The notes under the pieces: model-generated | Told to the model about the DNA's origin: nothing | Databases searched by the model: none | Seen by the model: only the letters and a program-made list of their open reading frames with translations | Source of the DNA: Anaeramoeba ignava BMAN | Taxonomy: Eukaryota; Protista; Anaeramoebae | Assembly (NCBI GenBank): GCA_028826165.1 | Contig: JAPDFW010000121.1 | Span: forward strand, 103,234-167,233 | Direction of reading: 5' to 3' | Length of the DNA: 64,000 nt | Program-made: the position numbers and the translations under genes | Shown here: one piece after another, positions 27,901-41,622 of the stretch | How positions within the stretch are numbered: position 1 is the first letter of the stretch | Layout: each line of letters begins with the position of its first letter

Positions 27901-29359
27901 TCTTTCTAATTCTTGTTGTTTTTCTAATTCTTTTTGTTTTTCTAATTCTTGTTGTTTTTCTAATTCTTGTTGTTTTTCTAATTCTTGTTGCCTCTCTAAA
28001 TATTGTTGTAATTCTAATTCTTTTTGTAATTCTAATTCTTTTTGTCTTTCTAATTCTTTTTGTTTTTCTAATTCTTTTTGTAATTCTAATTCTTTTTGTC
28101 TTTCTAATTCTTTTTGTCTTTCTAATTCTTTTTGTTTTTCTAATTCTTGTTGTCTTTCTAATTCTTTTTGTAATTCTAATTCTTGTTGTCTTTCTAATTC
28201 TTGTTGTTTTTGTTTTTGTCTCTCTAAATATTGTTGTAATTCTAATTCTTTTTGTTTTTCTAAATATTGTTGTAATTCTAATTCTTTTTGTTTTTCTAAT
28301 TCTTTTTGTAATTCTAAATATTTTTCCATTTCTTTTACTTTTGATAATTCTAATTCTTTTTGTTTTTCTAATTCTTGTTTTATTTCCAAATTATTATTTT
28401 GTTTTGAACTCATTTTATTAAGTAATTCATTAAAATCAATATTTGATGGATTTTCACGAAGAAAAATTTTTAAGAAAACTTCAATAATTGAACCAAAATT
28501 ACCCTAATTTTTATAAAATTAGAATTTAAGTTGAAAAAAACTGATTAGAAAATAATTTGGAATTTATTCAAACATTTGTTATTTGTTCTGGAAGTGGAAG
28601 ATCTAAAATATAATTTTCTCTTTGTAATATTTCGAATAATTTTTTTATACGATCCTCCTCTATAAATTCAAGAAAAACCTCCATTAAATTGATTTCTTTA
28701 TTCAAAGATGTAATCAAATCACAAAATATACTTCCATCCTTTTTGAAGGATAATTAATTCAAAATTAATTTTAATTATAAATTTAATTTTGATTTTAATT
28801 TTAATTTTAATTTTAATTTTAATTTTAATTTTAATTTTAATTTTAATTTTAATTTTGAATTATAAATTTTAATTTTAATTATAAATTAAATTTTAATTTT
28901 AATTTTAATTATAAATGAATTATAAATTTAATATTAATATTAATTTTAATTTAAATTTTAATTTTGATTTTTATTTTAATTATGATTTTGATTTTAATTT
29001 TGATTTTAATTATAAATTAATTATAAATTTAATTTTGATTTTGATTTTGATTTTGATTTAGATTTTAATTTTATAAATGAATTTTAATTTTAATTTTAAT
29101 TATAAATGAATTATAAATGAATTTTAATTTTAATTTGAATTTGAATTTTATAAATAAATTTTACTTTTGAATCTTCACTAAAATCTTCCAAAGTAAGAAA
29201 TATAAGATTTTTTTCTAATGTATCATTAATCCAACAACGAAGAATTTCAATTTTATCATTTGTTGGTAAATTTTTTTCTGAAATTAATTTTTGAATTGTT
29301 TCATGAAGAAAAAATTGTTCTAATAAAACTTGAATTTTAATTGGTAAATTAGTAGACAT
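24907..29359 (-). CDS. Calponin-homology + coiled-coil repeats + SH3-like + RasGEF (CDC25) domain protein (3 exons)
   Basis: Exon 1 29359-29165 and exon 2 28738-28574 give ILRCWINDTL...EDFSEDSKDGSIFCDLITSL (CH-like); exon 3 from 28503 runs in frame into the 1168-aa ORF; C-terminal EFADQLTLTQFTLFSTV...INNLNSLFAVMKALS...IPMIPVL...FQQIPF is a RasGEF catalytic domain. Confidence 0.8.
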
Positions 29360-29519
29360 TTTATATTTTGTTTTAAATTTAAATTTAAAGAAGAAAAAAA
29401 TGAAAAAAAAAAATGAAAAAAAAATTTTTGCTTTTTGTTTTTTTTTTTTTATTAAAACAAATTTTAAAAAATAAAACAATAAAAAGATTTTTTTTCTTCT
29501 TTTTTCTTTTTTCTTTCTT

Positions 29520-32500
29520 TTAATCTGTTTGATTTCTTGTATTTTTTGAATTTCTTCTTGAAACATGTCTAATTTTTTCTAAAAAACGTTCTCTTTTTGG
29601 AGTAAATAAGAAATCAGGTTGATCAATAACAGGTTTTTTTGCTTCATTTTTTTGTTGTAAATTAGAATAAGATTTTGAATTTTCAGTTAATGGAAAAATT
29701 TGTATTTTTTGTAAATTGGAATCTTTTGTTTCTGATTTTGATTCTATTTTTTGAGAATTTTCAGTTGTAATTATTTTTTCAGGTCGAATTTTCAAAGTAT
29801 CTTTTCCAAGTCTTCGACTTTCAAATTCAGAAAAAAGTAAATTTCGAAGATCTATATTTGATTGAAACTCATCTTCTTTTCCGTTTTGTGGATTTTGATT
29901 TGCATTTTCTATTTTTGTTTTTTGAAAACCGAAATCTGTGTGTCTTTTTGGTTTTGTTGGTAATGAATTAAGTAAAAATGCTGATTGTAAAGAATTTGTT
30001 GAGAATTCTTCAATTTGTTTTGCTTTTTGAGCTGATTTTCTTTCGATCCAATATTGAAACATTTGAGAATCATGAAAAAGATCCAAAAACTTCAAGAGAG
30101 CACAAATTTTGATTTAATTTTAATTTATATTTAGATTTATATTTAGATTTAGATTTATATTTATATTTATATTTATATTTATTTTTATATTTATATTTAT
30201 ATTTATATTTATATTAATATTTATATTATTAAATTGATTTATATTTATATTTATATTTATATTTATATTTATATTTAGATTTAGATTTTGATTTATATTT
30301 ATATTTATATTTATATTTATAATTATATTTATATTTAGATTTATATTTAGATTTATATTTAGATTTATATTTATATTTATATTTATATTTATATTTATAT
30401 TTATGTTTAGATTTATATTATTAAATTGATTTATATTTATATTTATATTTATATTTATATTTATTTTTATTTTTATATTTATATTTATATTTATATTTAT
30501 ATTTAGATTTATATTTATATTTATATTTATATTTATATTTATATTTAGATTTAGATTTATATTTATATTTATATTTATATTTATATATTTAGATTTCATT
30601 TCATTTACATTATGCGTTTTTTTTGGATGAAATAATCGAAATTGTTCAAAATCAAAATCAAATCTATTTTCCTTTAAAATAAAAAAATTATCACAAGCTT
30701 TAAAAATTCTTCTAAAAAAAGTAAGAAAACTCATTGCAACTTCTTCATTATCAAGTGATTTCTTTTCTAAAAATTGAAAACAAAAATCAATTTTTTTTAA
30801 TTTGATTTTTTTTCCGATTTTTGATTTTTAATTGTTTTGCTAATTTTTACTTCTAAATTTTTCTTGAATTTGTTTCATTTTATTAAATAAAGTTGTAAAA
30901 TGATTTCTTGGTAAAGAATCAACAATTGAAGCTTCAAGTTCCATTTCATTATTATCAAGATCAACTCTAACAACTTCATCAATAGAATCATTTTCCAAAA
31001 GATGAATAATTTGTTTTGGAATACCAACACAAAAAGGAACTGGTGCAGAAACAGTAGAAATATGTGATTCGGGAAGAATAGGAATATAAATATGCTATTT
31101 TTAACATTTTTTAATTATATTTTTGATTAAATTATAATAAAATTTTTTAATCAATAAAATCATTGAAAAAATTTTGTTTCCTTTTTTTTTTGGATTAAAA
31201 AACCTGCCATGTAAAAGGATCAAGTAAACCAATACATGCTTGAATACATTTTGATAATCTTTCTAAACTTGATGATGTAAAAATTATTTTTTTTTCAAGT
31301 AATAATGATGCAAAAATAAGTACAATTAGTCTTGCATCAAGAACATTGATTAAAGCATCCAAATGATACTAAAATTATTTCGAACAAGATATTAATTTTA
31401 ATTTTAATTATAATTTTATAAATGAATTTTAATTTTAATTTTAATTTTAATTTTGATTTTGATTTTGATTTTAATTTTGATTTTAATTTTAATTTTAATT
31501 TAGATTTAGATTTATATTTAGATTTAGATTTAGATTTATATTTAAATTTATATTTATATTTATATTTATATTTATATTTATATTTATATTTAGATTTATA
31601 TTTAGATTTATATTTATATTTATATTTATATTTATATTTATATTTATATTTATATTTATATTTATATTTATATTTATATTTATATTTATATTTATATTTA
31701 TATTTATATTTATATTTATATTTATATTTATATTTATATTTATATTTATAATTTATATTTATATTTATATTTATATTTATATTTAGATTTATATTTATAT
31801 TTATATTTATATTTATATTTATATTTATATTTAGATTTATATTTAGATTTAGATTTAGATTTTAATTTATATTTATATTTATATTTATATTTATATTTAT
31901 ATTTATATTTATATTTATATTTATATTTATATTTATATTTATATTTATATTTATATTTATATTTATATTTATATTTATATTTATATTTATATTTATATTT
32001 TGATTTATATTTATATTTATATTTATATTTATATTTATATTTATATTTAGATTTAGATTTAGATTTATATTTATATTTATATTTATATTTATATTTATAT
32101 TTATATTTATATTTATTTTAAATATTTATATTTAGATTTATATTTATATTTAGATTTAGATTTAGATTTAGATTTAGATTTATATTTAGATTTATATTTA
32201 TATTTATATTTATATTTATATTGATATTGATATTTAGATTTATATTTATATTTATATTTATATTTAGATTTAGGTTTATATTTTTAATTTATATTTATAT
32301 TTATATTTATATTTAGATTTATATTTATATTTATATTTATATTTAGATTTAGATTTAGATTTATATTTATATTTATATTTATATTTATATTTATATTTAT
32401 ATTTAGATTTAGATTTATATTTAGATTTAGATTTATATTTAGATTTAGATTTATATTTAGATTTAGGTTTATATTTTAATTTATATTTATATTTATATTT

Positions 32501-33590
32501 ATATTTATATTTGTTATATTTATATTTATATTTATATTTATATTTATATTTATATTTAGATTTATATTTATATTTATATTTATATTTATATTTATAATTA
32601 TATTTAGATTTAGATTTATATTTATATTTAGATTTAGATTTAGATTTATATTTAGATTTAGGTTTATATTTTAATTTATATTTATATTTATATTTATATT
32701 TATATTTATATTGATATTGATATTTATATTTATATTTAGATTTATATTTAGATTTATATTTAGATTTTGATTTAGATTTATATTTAGATTTTGATTTAGA
32801 TTTAAATTTAGATTTATATTTAGATTTATATTTGTAAAGTAAAGTAAAGTAAAATAGAGTAAAGTAAAGTAATAAACTAACATCGCCTAAAAGATCATTT
32901 GAACGCATTAAAGGAATTTTAGCTTCACTTAAACCAACAGAAAAAGGAAGAACAGCTTGAATTGTTTCACCTTGTTCTGGAATAGGATAATTTTGAAAAA
33001 GAGTAAGTAACCAACCTAACGATTTCTCAGCAGCTTTATGCCATGTCTCAATAACAACAAAAATGTTATCCAAAATAAATGTAAATAAAGGTCTTTAAAA
33101 AATGTTATTAAAGAAATGTTTTTGGAAAATTTTTTTTAATTGAAAATTTCATTGATAAATTAAAATAAATCAAAAAATAATTACTGAAAACTTGCTAATA
33201 CTAAACATTGATAACGATTTCCTGGAAGAATATTAAGTTTACAAAATACGTAAGTGAATTCTCGATTTTGATTAGTTAAAACAAAAAAATAAGGTTCTCT
33301 TTTTTAAATTAATTAAAATTTTTTTTTTAAATTAATTAAAATTTTTTTTTAAATTTTTTTTTAATTAAATTTGGTTTTTTTTTCTTTTACCCTTTTTCTG
33401 TTTTTTGAATTGATAAATATGGAAAACAAAAAGGTTTTATTTTTTCAATTTCTTCAGTTGATTTTTCAAATGGAAATTGATATTTTATTTCTATTTGTTC
33501 TAGAAATTGTGTGTATGATTGTGTTTCTTCTTCTGTTTTATTAAATTCAAATATAAAAAAAGAATCAAAAATTTTATTTTGAGTCATCAA
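29520..33590 (-). CDS. DENN-domain Rab GEF (uDENN-DENN-dDENN), multi-exon
   Basis: IKYQFP...IKPFCFP; YFFVLTN; IFASLLLEKKIIFTSSSLERLSKC...LLDPFTWQ|HIYIPILP...SAPVPFCVGIP; FLDLFHDSQMFQYWIE; GT-AG introns, two of them filled with (TATAAA)n. Confidence 0.9.
30110..30595. repeat. (TTTATA/TTTAGA)n intronic hexamer repeat in the DENN gene
   Basis: Directly visible. Confidence 0.9.
31390..32835. repeat. (TTTATA/TTTAGA)n intronic hexamer repeat (~1.45 kb) in the DENN gene
   Basis: Directly visible. Confidence 0.92.
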
Positions 33591-33679
33591 ATAGATATTT
33601 CAAAAAAAAAAAGAAAAAAAATGAAAAAAAAAATTTTGATGAAATAAAAAAATCCAAAAACAAAAAAAGAAAAAAAAAA

Positions 33680-34415
33680 TCAAATCAAAATAAATATCAA
33701 ATTTAATATTAAATCAAATATTAAATCAAATATTAAATTAAATATTAAATATTAAATACTAAATTAAATATTATATTAAATATTAAATTAAATATTAAAT
33801 TAAATATTAAATTAAATATTAAATCAAATATTAAATCAAATATTAAATTAAATATTAAATATTAAATATTAAATTAAATATCATATTAAATATTAAATAT
33901 TAAATATTAAATTAAATATCATATTAAATATTAAATCAAAATATTAAATATTGAATCAAATATTAATAAATTAAATATTAAATTAAATATTAAATCAAAT
34001 CAAATTAAATATTAAATTAAATATTAAATTAAATATTGAATTAAATATTAAAAACAAATATTAAATCAAAAATTAAATTAAATATTAAATTAAATATCAA
34101 ATATTAAATTAAATATTAAATCAAATATTAAATTAAATATTAAATTAAATATTAAATTAAATATTAAATATTAAATATTAAATCAAATATTAAATTAAAT
34201 ATTAAATATTAAATCAAATCAAATTAAATATTAAATTAAATATTAAATTAAATATTAAATCAAATCAAATTAAATATTAAATTAAATATTAAATTAAATA
34301 TTAAATTAAATATTAAATTAAATATTAAATCAAATAAATATTAAATTAAATATTAAAATAAATATTAAATTAAATATTAAATTAAATATTAAATCAAATA
34401 TTAAATCAAATATTG
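33680..34415. repeat. ~12-bp (TTAAATATTAAA)n minisatellite between divergently transcribed genes
   Basis: Directly visible, with TCAAA variants. Confidence 0.88.
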
Positions 34416-34490
34416 AATAAGTCAAAAAATAAAATAATACACTATAAAAAGCAATTTTTTTAAAAAAATTTTTTCATTTTTTCAAATCAA

Positions 34491-34982
34491 ATGGAACCAA
34501 AATTTGTCACTAAAAAAGCTTTCTATATTGTTGGATATCAAACGGATACAGGAATGCAAGATCCAAACCGATCCAAAAATATCAAGAAGCAATGGACAAA
34601 AATGGTTCAAGGAAAATTATTTGAAAAAATAAAACCTGTTGAAAAAGGTGTTTTTTTAGGAGGATGTTTTGATTGGGATGAAAAAACTATGGATTGGAGT
34701 TATCTTGCTGGAATAGAAGTTGAAAGTGTTGAGAATATTCCAGAAGGAACTACTTGGAGAAAATTACCTGATTCTCTTTATGCTATTTTTACTGTCAAAG
34801 GAAAGTTAGAAGAAAAAATTTTGCCTGCTTATGAAGAAATTATGAAGAATTGGCTCCCAAATAATAAAAAGTATGTTCGAGCTAACTCTCCTGATTTTGA
34901 ATATTATGATCACAGATACAAAGAGAATTCTGATGATTCTGAGTTTGATATTTGGATTCCGATTGAGGAAAAGAAAGACTAA
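34491..34982 (+). CDS. GyrI-like / AraC effector-binding small-molecule-binding protein (bacterial type)
   Basis: 163 aa, intronless; MEPKFVTKKAFYIVG, YLAGIEVESVENIPEG, LPDSLYAIFTVKG, IMKNWLP, DFEYYD, DIWIPI are typical GyrI-like domain features. Confidence 0.88.
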   Translation: MEPKFVTKKAFYIVGYQTDTGMQDPNRSKNIKKQWTKMVQGKLFEKIKPVEKGVFLGGCFDWDEKTMDWSYLAGIEVESVENIPEGTTWRKLPDSLYAIFTVKGKLEEKILPAYEEIMKNWLPNNKKYVRANSPDFEYYDHRYKENSDDSEFDIWIPIEEKKD

Positions 34983-35289
34983 AAAAGCAAAAAATTTAAT
35001 CAAAAAGAGGAAAAAATTTTTCACCTTTTTTTTAGCTTTTTTCTTTTTCTTTTTTCTTTTGAATTTTCTTTTGAATTCCAATTTTCAATTCCAATTTTCA
35101 TTTCAATTCCAATTTTCATTTCAATTCCAATTTTCAATTTTTCATTTCAATTCCAATTTTCTTTATTGAAAAATTTTTTTTTGCTTTTTCTCATTCAAAT
35201 TCAATAAAGAAAAAAAAAATTTTAATTTAAATTTTTTATTTTCATTTTTTTTTTCGAATAATAAATTTTAAAATAATAAAATAATAAAA

Positions 35290-37163
35290 ATGAATGAAAA
35301 ATTAAATGAAAAACAATGTTTTGAAAGAGATATTCAAGAATTTCAAGAAAATCAACTTAAAGTAAAAGATATTGTTACAGAATTTAATGAAGCTTCAGAT
35401 ACAATGCAAAGAGTTCAAAAAAAAGCACAATTAGGAATTCAAAAACAATGGAGAGAAATGCAAAGATTATCTGCTGTTAGTCGTGGTTTATTGAAAGAAA
35501 AGGAATTAACTATTCGTGAATTTCGTGAGTTTAAAAAAAATTTAGCTGAAGATGCTGTTTTTTTAAAAACTCTTGAATCAAATTTCCCACAAAAATATAG
35601 GTATTTTATTAAAATTCATTTATAAAATTCATTTAAAATTAAAATTATAATCAAAATTCATTTATAAAATTAAAATTTAAAAATCAAAATAAAATTAAAA
35701 TTAAAAATCAAATTAAAATTAAAATTAAAATTAAAATTAAAATTAAAATTAAAATTAAAATTAAAATTAAAATTAAAATTAAAATTAAAATTAAAATTAA
35801 AATTAAATTTAAAATTTAAAATTAAAATTAAAATTAAAATTAAAATTAAAATTAAAATTAAAATTAAAATTAAAATTAAAATTATAATTAAAATTAAAAT
35901 TAAAATTAAAATTATAATTAAAATTAAAATTAAAATTAAAATTAAAATTAAAATTAAAATTCATTTATAAAATTAAAATTAAAATTATAAAATTAAAATT
36001 AAAATTAAAATTCATTTATAAAATTAAAACTAAAATTAAAATTAAAATTCATTTATAAAATTAAAATTAAAATTAAAATTAAAATTAAAATTAATATTTA
36101 TAAAATTAGTCGATTAGTAACAATATTTCTGGGAAATGTTAATTTCTATATTCCAACATTATCAGAAAGATTTAAATTCAAAACAGAATACGAAATGTTC
36201 AAAAGAAATGCAACAATAACATATCTTGCAGTAACTTTGATACTAATTGTTTTATCAATTTTAAATTTTTCAACATTTGTGAAAAAATTACTTTTTCCAG
36301 TTCATTGTTACTTAGTTTATTTCTATGTGACAATAACAGTCCGAGAAAGCATCTTGAAAGCACATGGTTCAAATATCAAAATGTGGTGGAGCTTGCACCA
36401 TTATTTGTCAATTACGAATTCAATAATCTTACTTCTTTGGCCTTATTCTGAAATTTATAAAAGTTTTTTGACGTTTTTTTTGTTTTTTTCATTTTACACT
36501 GGATTTGTTCAAATACTTCAATATTACTACCAAATAAGCCAAGTTTATAAACTAAGAGCTTTGGGTCAGATTCGTTTGGAAGATACAGTGAATACTGATT
36601 CGACCCAAATTCATTGGTTTCCATCAATGAAGTTTTTACTTCCTTTTATAATTGTCGGTCAATTTTGGCAACTTATTAACGCTTATTATTTAATTAGTAA
36701 ATATTTAACAACTCAAAATGCTGAAATTCATGCCTTTCTTTCGGGAATTTGTTTTTTGCTCATGTTTATCGGCAATTTCGTAACAACTATTTATATTATT
36801 CAGGAAAAATTTGGAAAACCTAAACCAAGTAAAAAAGGAATTTCAACCGCTTTTAGTATGAATTTTATTAACACAAAAAATGAACAAAAAAATGGAAACT
36901 CGAAAATTGTCAACTCAGATCAATCTCAACAAAATCCTCTTGAAAAACCTAATGTCGATAATGTAATCCATCGCACAAAACAAGAAATTCAAAGTTCTGA
37001 TGATGAAAGTACTTATTCTTCTGTTGAAGATGAAGATAAAAAATCAAATGAAAATTCAAATGAAAAATCAAATGAAAATTTAAATGAAAAATTAAATGAA
37101 AAATCAAATGAAAATTTAAATGAAAATCCAAATCAAATTTTAAGAAATCGAAATCAAAAATGA
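35290..37163 (+). CDS. TMEM120: TMEM120/TMPIT family membrane protein (2 exons)
   Basis: Exon 1 35290-35600 (coiled coil), intron 35601-36109, exon 2 with FLGNVNF...RFKFKTEYEMFK and RESILKAHGSNIKMWWSLHHYLS. Confidence 0.88.
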
Positions 37164-37274
37164 TCCAAAAAAAATGTTTCTTTTTCTCTTTTTTTTTCTT
37201 TTCAAAACAAAAAAAATAATTGAATAAAAAATTTTTTTCATTTTTCATTTTTCATTTTTCATTTTTTTTGTTTT

Positions 37275-40200
37275 ATGGAATCTTTAAAAATTGGTTTTAT
37301 TTTTTGGAATTTTCATAATATTAAAAATCAACACATAACTTCCATTTTAACTTCTTCAAATCAAAAATACGTTGTAACTGGATCTAAATCAGGAAGTATT
37401 TGTATTTGGGAAACTGGAAAAAAACCAAAAAACAAAAACAACTTCATTCCCAAAATAGTTCTTCTAGGACATAAATCAGAAATAACATCAATGACAAACA
37501 TTGCTTATACCGTAACACCATCATTTGCTACTGGTAAACAGACTATCTAAATAAATTTACGAAGAAAGGAAAAACAAAATTAAAAAAAATCAATTTGCAA
37601 AAAAAAAATTTTAATTGAAAAAAAAAAATTCATTTCATTTCCAAAAATTAAAAAAAAGTTTCTATCGATGGAACCCTTTGTATTTGGGGTTATAAAGACG
37701 GTATATGCTATTCTTATGTGGAAAATGCCTTTTCTTGTGTTCCAATGATTATGATTTTTGATGAAATTAATAATACTTTAATTGTTGGAGGTGAAAAAAA
37801 TTTAATTGAAATATTTGATTTGGAATCAATGAAAATTATTCAAGGTTTGCAAGGTCAGGGTTGTTGGACTTCTGATTTAGCAATATCATTTAGTGAAAAC
37901 AGCATTTGTAAATTTTATTTCTTTTATTCCAAAGAAAAACTTTTTTTTAAAAAAAAGAATTTTGTTGACTTTATTATAAATTCCAAATTTCAATATAATA
38001 TTTAGTTTCCAATAATATTCTTCTTTCTCTTGGAATGGACGGAACAATTCATTTTTGGAAACTGAATAATTTTAAGCATTTTGCTTATAAAGATTCGCAA
38101 TCTTTATCAACTGATCCACATCTTTTTGAGGCAAAACTCCCAAAAAATGAAATTTATAATTCATTTTCTCTTTCGCCAAATCAAACGCTTATATTAGTCT
38201 TTTCAAATTCTCACTATCACATTTTTGATTCAACAGCAACTAAAGAATTATTTTCAGAAAATATTGAAAATATGTTTCCAAATTCAAAAGGATTTTTTAT
38301 TGACAATTCCCACTTTATGATTTGGTCTTCTTCATCACAAAAAATTGGTATTTTTGAAATGAATTTTACAAGACCCATTCCACAAAAACCTCAAGTAATT
38401 AATCTTATAAATAAAAATACTGTGACAAAAGATCCAAAACAAAGTGAAAATTTAGCAGAACAAAAAATAAATGAATCAATACAAGAATTTGGCGAAAAAA
38501 ATAATTCAAATAATTCAAATACAACAAATACAAATATTACAAATAGTGACCAAAGCGAAAATAAAATATCAAATTTAACAAGCAGTGAAATTGATGATAC
38601 AATCAGATCAATTCGAGAATCTGAACAAGAAACTTATTTGGAAACTTCAACTGATGAAAATCCTTTAGAAAAACCATTTGCAATTTTATCTATCAAGAAA
38701 ACAAATATATTAGATATGAATCAAAATAACCAAAATAACCAATTTGTTATGAATAAGTCAAGACCTTTTATGAATAGCAATAACTTTGGGTTTATTTGTG
38801 GGAATTCTGAAGGAGATATTTATTTTTGGAATAAAAATGAAGTTTTGGATTTTTCAGAAAATTCAATCCAACATCAAGCAATTCCCAAAATTTCATCTTT
38901 GAAAAAAGGATGGAAATCAAAATCAAAATCAAATTCAAAATCAAATAATATAACTTCCAGTTTTGTTTGTATTGGAGCCAATGAAATTGATCCATTTGTA
39001 ATTTATGGATATGAAAACGGAGAAATTTCAATTCACAATATGTTTTCAAAGGAAAAGGAAAAAGAAAAAGACAAAGAAAAAAAATTAATTGGGCATTCCA
39101 AAGAAATTACGGCTTTACTTGTTCCAAAAAGTCAGCCAGATATGTTAGTATCAGCATCAAGAGATTTAACAATTAGAATATGGATCATTTCATTCCAACA
39201 ACAAATTGCAATTTATAAATTGAAAAATCAAGCAGTAACAATTTTGAGTGATGAATTCCTTTTCCAGGATTCAACAAAATGCTTTTATGCAATTAGTGAG
39301 GATCGCACAATTTTTTATATTTATTCTCTTGATGAACAGGTTATGAAGGCAACACTTGAACATCCTTCTCAAATCAACAGAATTTTTTTCAAAAATGATT
39401 TGCCAAATCTTGTTATTGAATGCAAAGAAAAACTCATTTATTTTTGGAACATTTCCACAGGAGAAAATGAATCAATAATTTCAGGTCCTCAAGCAATCAG
39501 CAAAATGAAAAAAATTGAAAAACAATTTTCTCAATTCCACATTTTCGAAATTCAAAAATCAATTGAACAAGAGAAAAGTAAATCTGAAATTTATATTAAT
39601 ACATTCTCATTAAAAAATACATTATTACCATCTTCATATGGATTTGCAGTTGATATATCAAAAATATGTCACAAACTTGAGAACTTTAAATTTAATGATG
39701 AAAATGTAAAAAATTTATTTATTCAAATATAAAATTTATTCAAATATAAAATTTATTTATAAAATTTAGAAAGAAACAAAAACTTTATTCCAATTCCTTT
39801 CTTTCTTGATTCCAAAAGAATACTCTCAAGAATTACTCAAAAAATTGGAGAAATTTGTTGGAATTAGAAATTCAAAATATGCAAATGGCTCATTTTGTGT
39901 TTTTGGAAATTCAGGAACAGTTACAATTTTAACACCCAAAATGCAAAAAAAATTTACAAAATGGAACGTCTCTTCAGTAACAACAGCAATAGTGATTCTA
40001 TCATCTGTTTCTATTGGAAATGTTCTTTTGGGAATTCCAAACCCACATTTGCAAGACATTGGAAGTGAAATTATTGCCAATTATTGCGAAATAATCCCGA
40101 TGAATAACAAAAAATATAAAAATCCATCAATCCATTTTTTATGCCATTTTTGGCGCATTTCAGAAGAAGAAACAAGACAATCTGCAGAAGCAATTATTGG

Positions 40201-41299
40201 TCATTTTTTTGGAAAAGAAAAAAATTTTTCGAACCAAAAAAAAATTTTATCAATGGGGGTTACTAATTCAAAAAAAAATTTTTCAATGGGGGTTATTAAT
40301 TCAAAAAATTATTTTTCAGCTGGTGTTATTCATTCGCATTTTAATCTTTTGATCAGAGATCAAAGACTTGGTTGTTTTTTGATTTTAGCTTATATTGGAT
40401 CTGTTCAACTTCACTTATTAGAAAGATCAATTGCAAAAAGAATAATTTTTATTTTGCTTGATTTTTTAGAACAAAACGATATTCGCGGAATTTTGGCATT
40501 AAGAGTTCTCGGTCGTGGATTCCTAACATGGAAAAGATACTTCCCAGATCCTTCCCAAATCATAAGACACATTATCTTCCTGGCCTCACAAGGCGAAGAT
40601 AAAATACAAAAAGAAGCAAAACGCGCTTTAAATTCAATTGCAAAAGAAAACCCCTTGTTTTTTCTTGAAGCCTTTACAAAGGAATTTACAAGAAAAGAGT
40701 CAACATGGAGTTACAAATACTTATTGTTGGCACTAATAGCAAACGCTATTAAAGGCGATGTTTCCATTATTTTTCTTCCTCATCTTTTTGAGTTGATCAA
40801 ATTATTTGTGCTTTTTTTCTTCTCTCTTGAAAAAGAAAACATAAAAAATTTCCCGCAAAACCCAACTAAAGAATTCTCACAAATCATGACTCAATTTCCA
40901 ATGGCGGATTATAATTACGATGTATTTTTGGTTTGTCTGGGAAACCAAATGGGCAAAATTGTGACTTTTGATTTGAACCAAAAAATTATCCCAATTTTCG
41001 AGGCTCATTCTCAAGCAATTTCAGCATTAAAACTAAATCCAAAAGGAACAATGCTTGCATCCTTTAGTTATTCAGAAAATACTCTAAAAATTTGGACACT
41101 TAGGTTTTCCAGTTTCCGTTCTCAAAGAGTGAAAGCAAAGTGTAAAAAAACAATAAAAGTGGATCGAAACTTAATTAAAATTGAAGATGGTGAACTTGAA
41201 TCAATTAGTGTTTTTTGGAATGTTTCTTTGGATTGGGATTCTCATAATTCTGTTAATTTATTGTGGAAACATAAATCGGTTTTAAATGTTCGAATTTAA
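37275..41299 (+). CDS. WDR7: WDR7/rabconnectin-3-beta-like WD40 protein (V-ATPase regulator family), 4 exons
   Basis: N-terminal VVTGSKSGSICIW...PKIVLLGHKSEIT...SIDGTLCIW; central KWNVSSVTTAIVILSSVSIGNVLL and PSIHFLCHFW...TRQSAEAII; C-terminal FPMA...AHSQAISAL...LASFS. Introns at ~37534-37658, ~37908-38005 and ~39706-39768. Confidence 0.75.
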
Positions 41300-41622
41300 A
41301 TCAATCAACCAATCAATCAATCAATTAATAAAAAGAAAGAAAAAAAAATTTTTTATTCCACTTTTTATTTATTATTATTTTTATTCCACTTTTTATTATT
41401 ATTATTTTTATTATTATTTATTATTTTTATTCCACTTTTTATTATTATTTATTATTTTTATTCCACTTTTTATTTTTATTTTTATTCCACTTTTATTTTT
41501 ATTTTTATTATTCTTATTTTTAACGGTTATTTCAAAACAAACAAAAAACGTTAAAAAATTAATTTTTCATTTTTTTTTCATTTTTTTTCATTTTTTTTTT
41601 AAATAATAATAAAAATAAAAAT

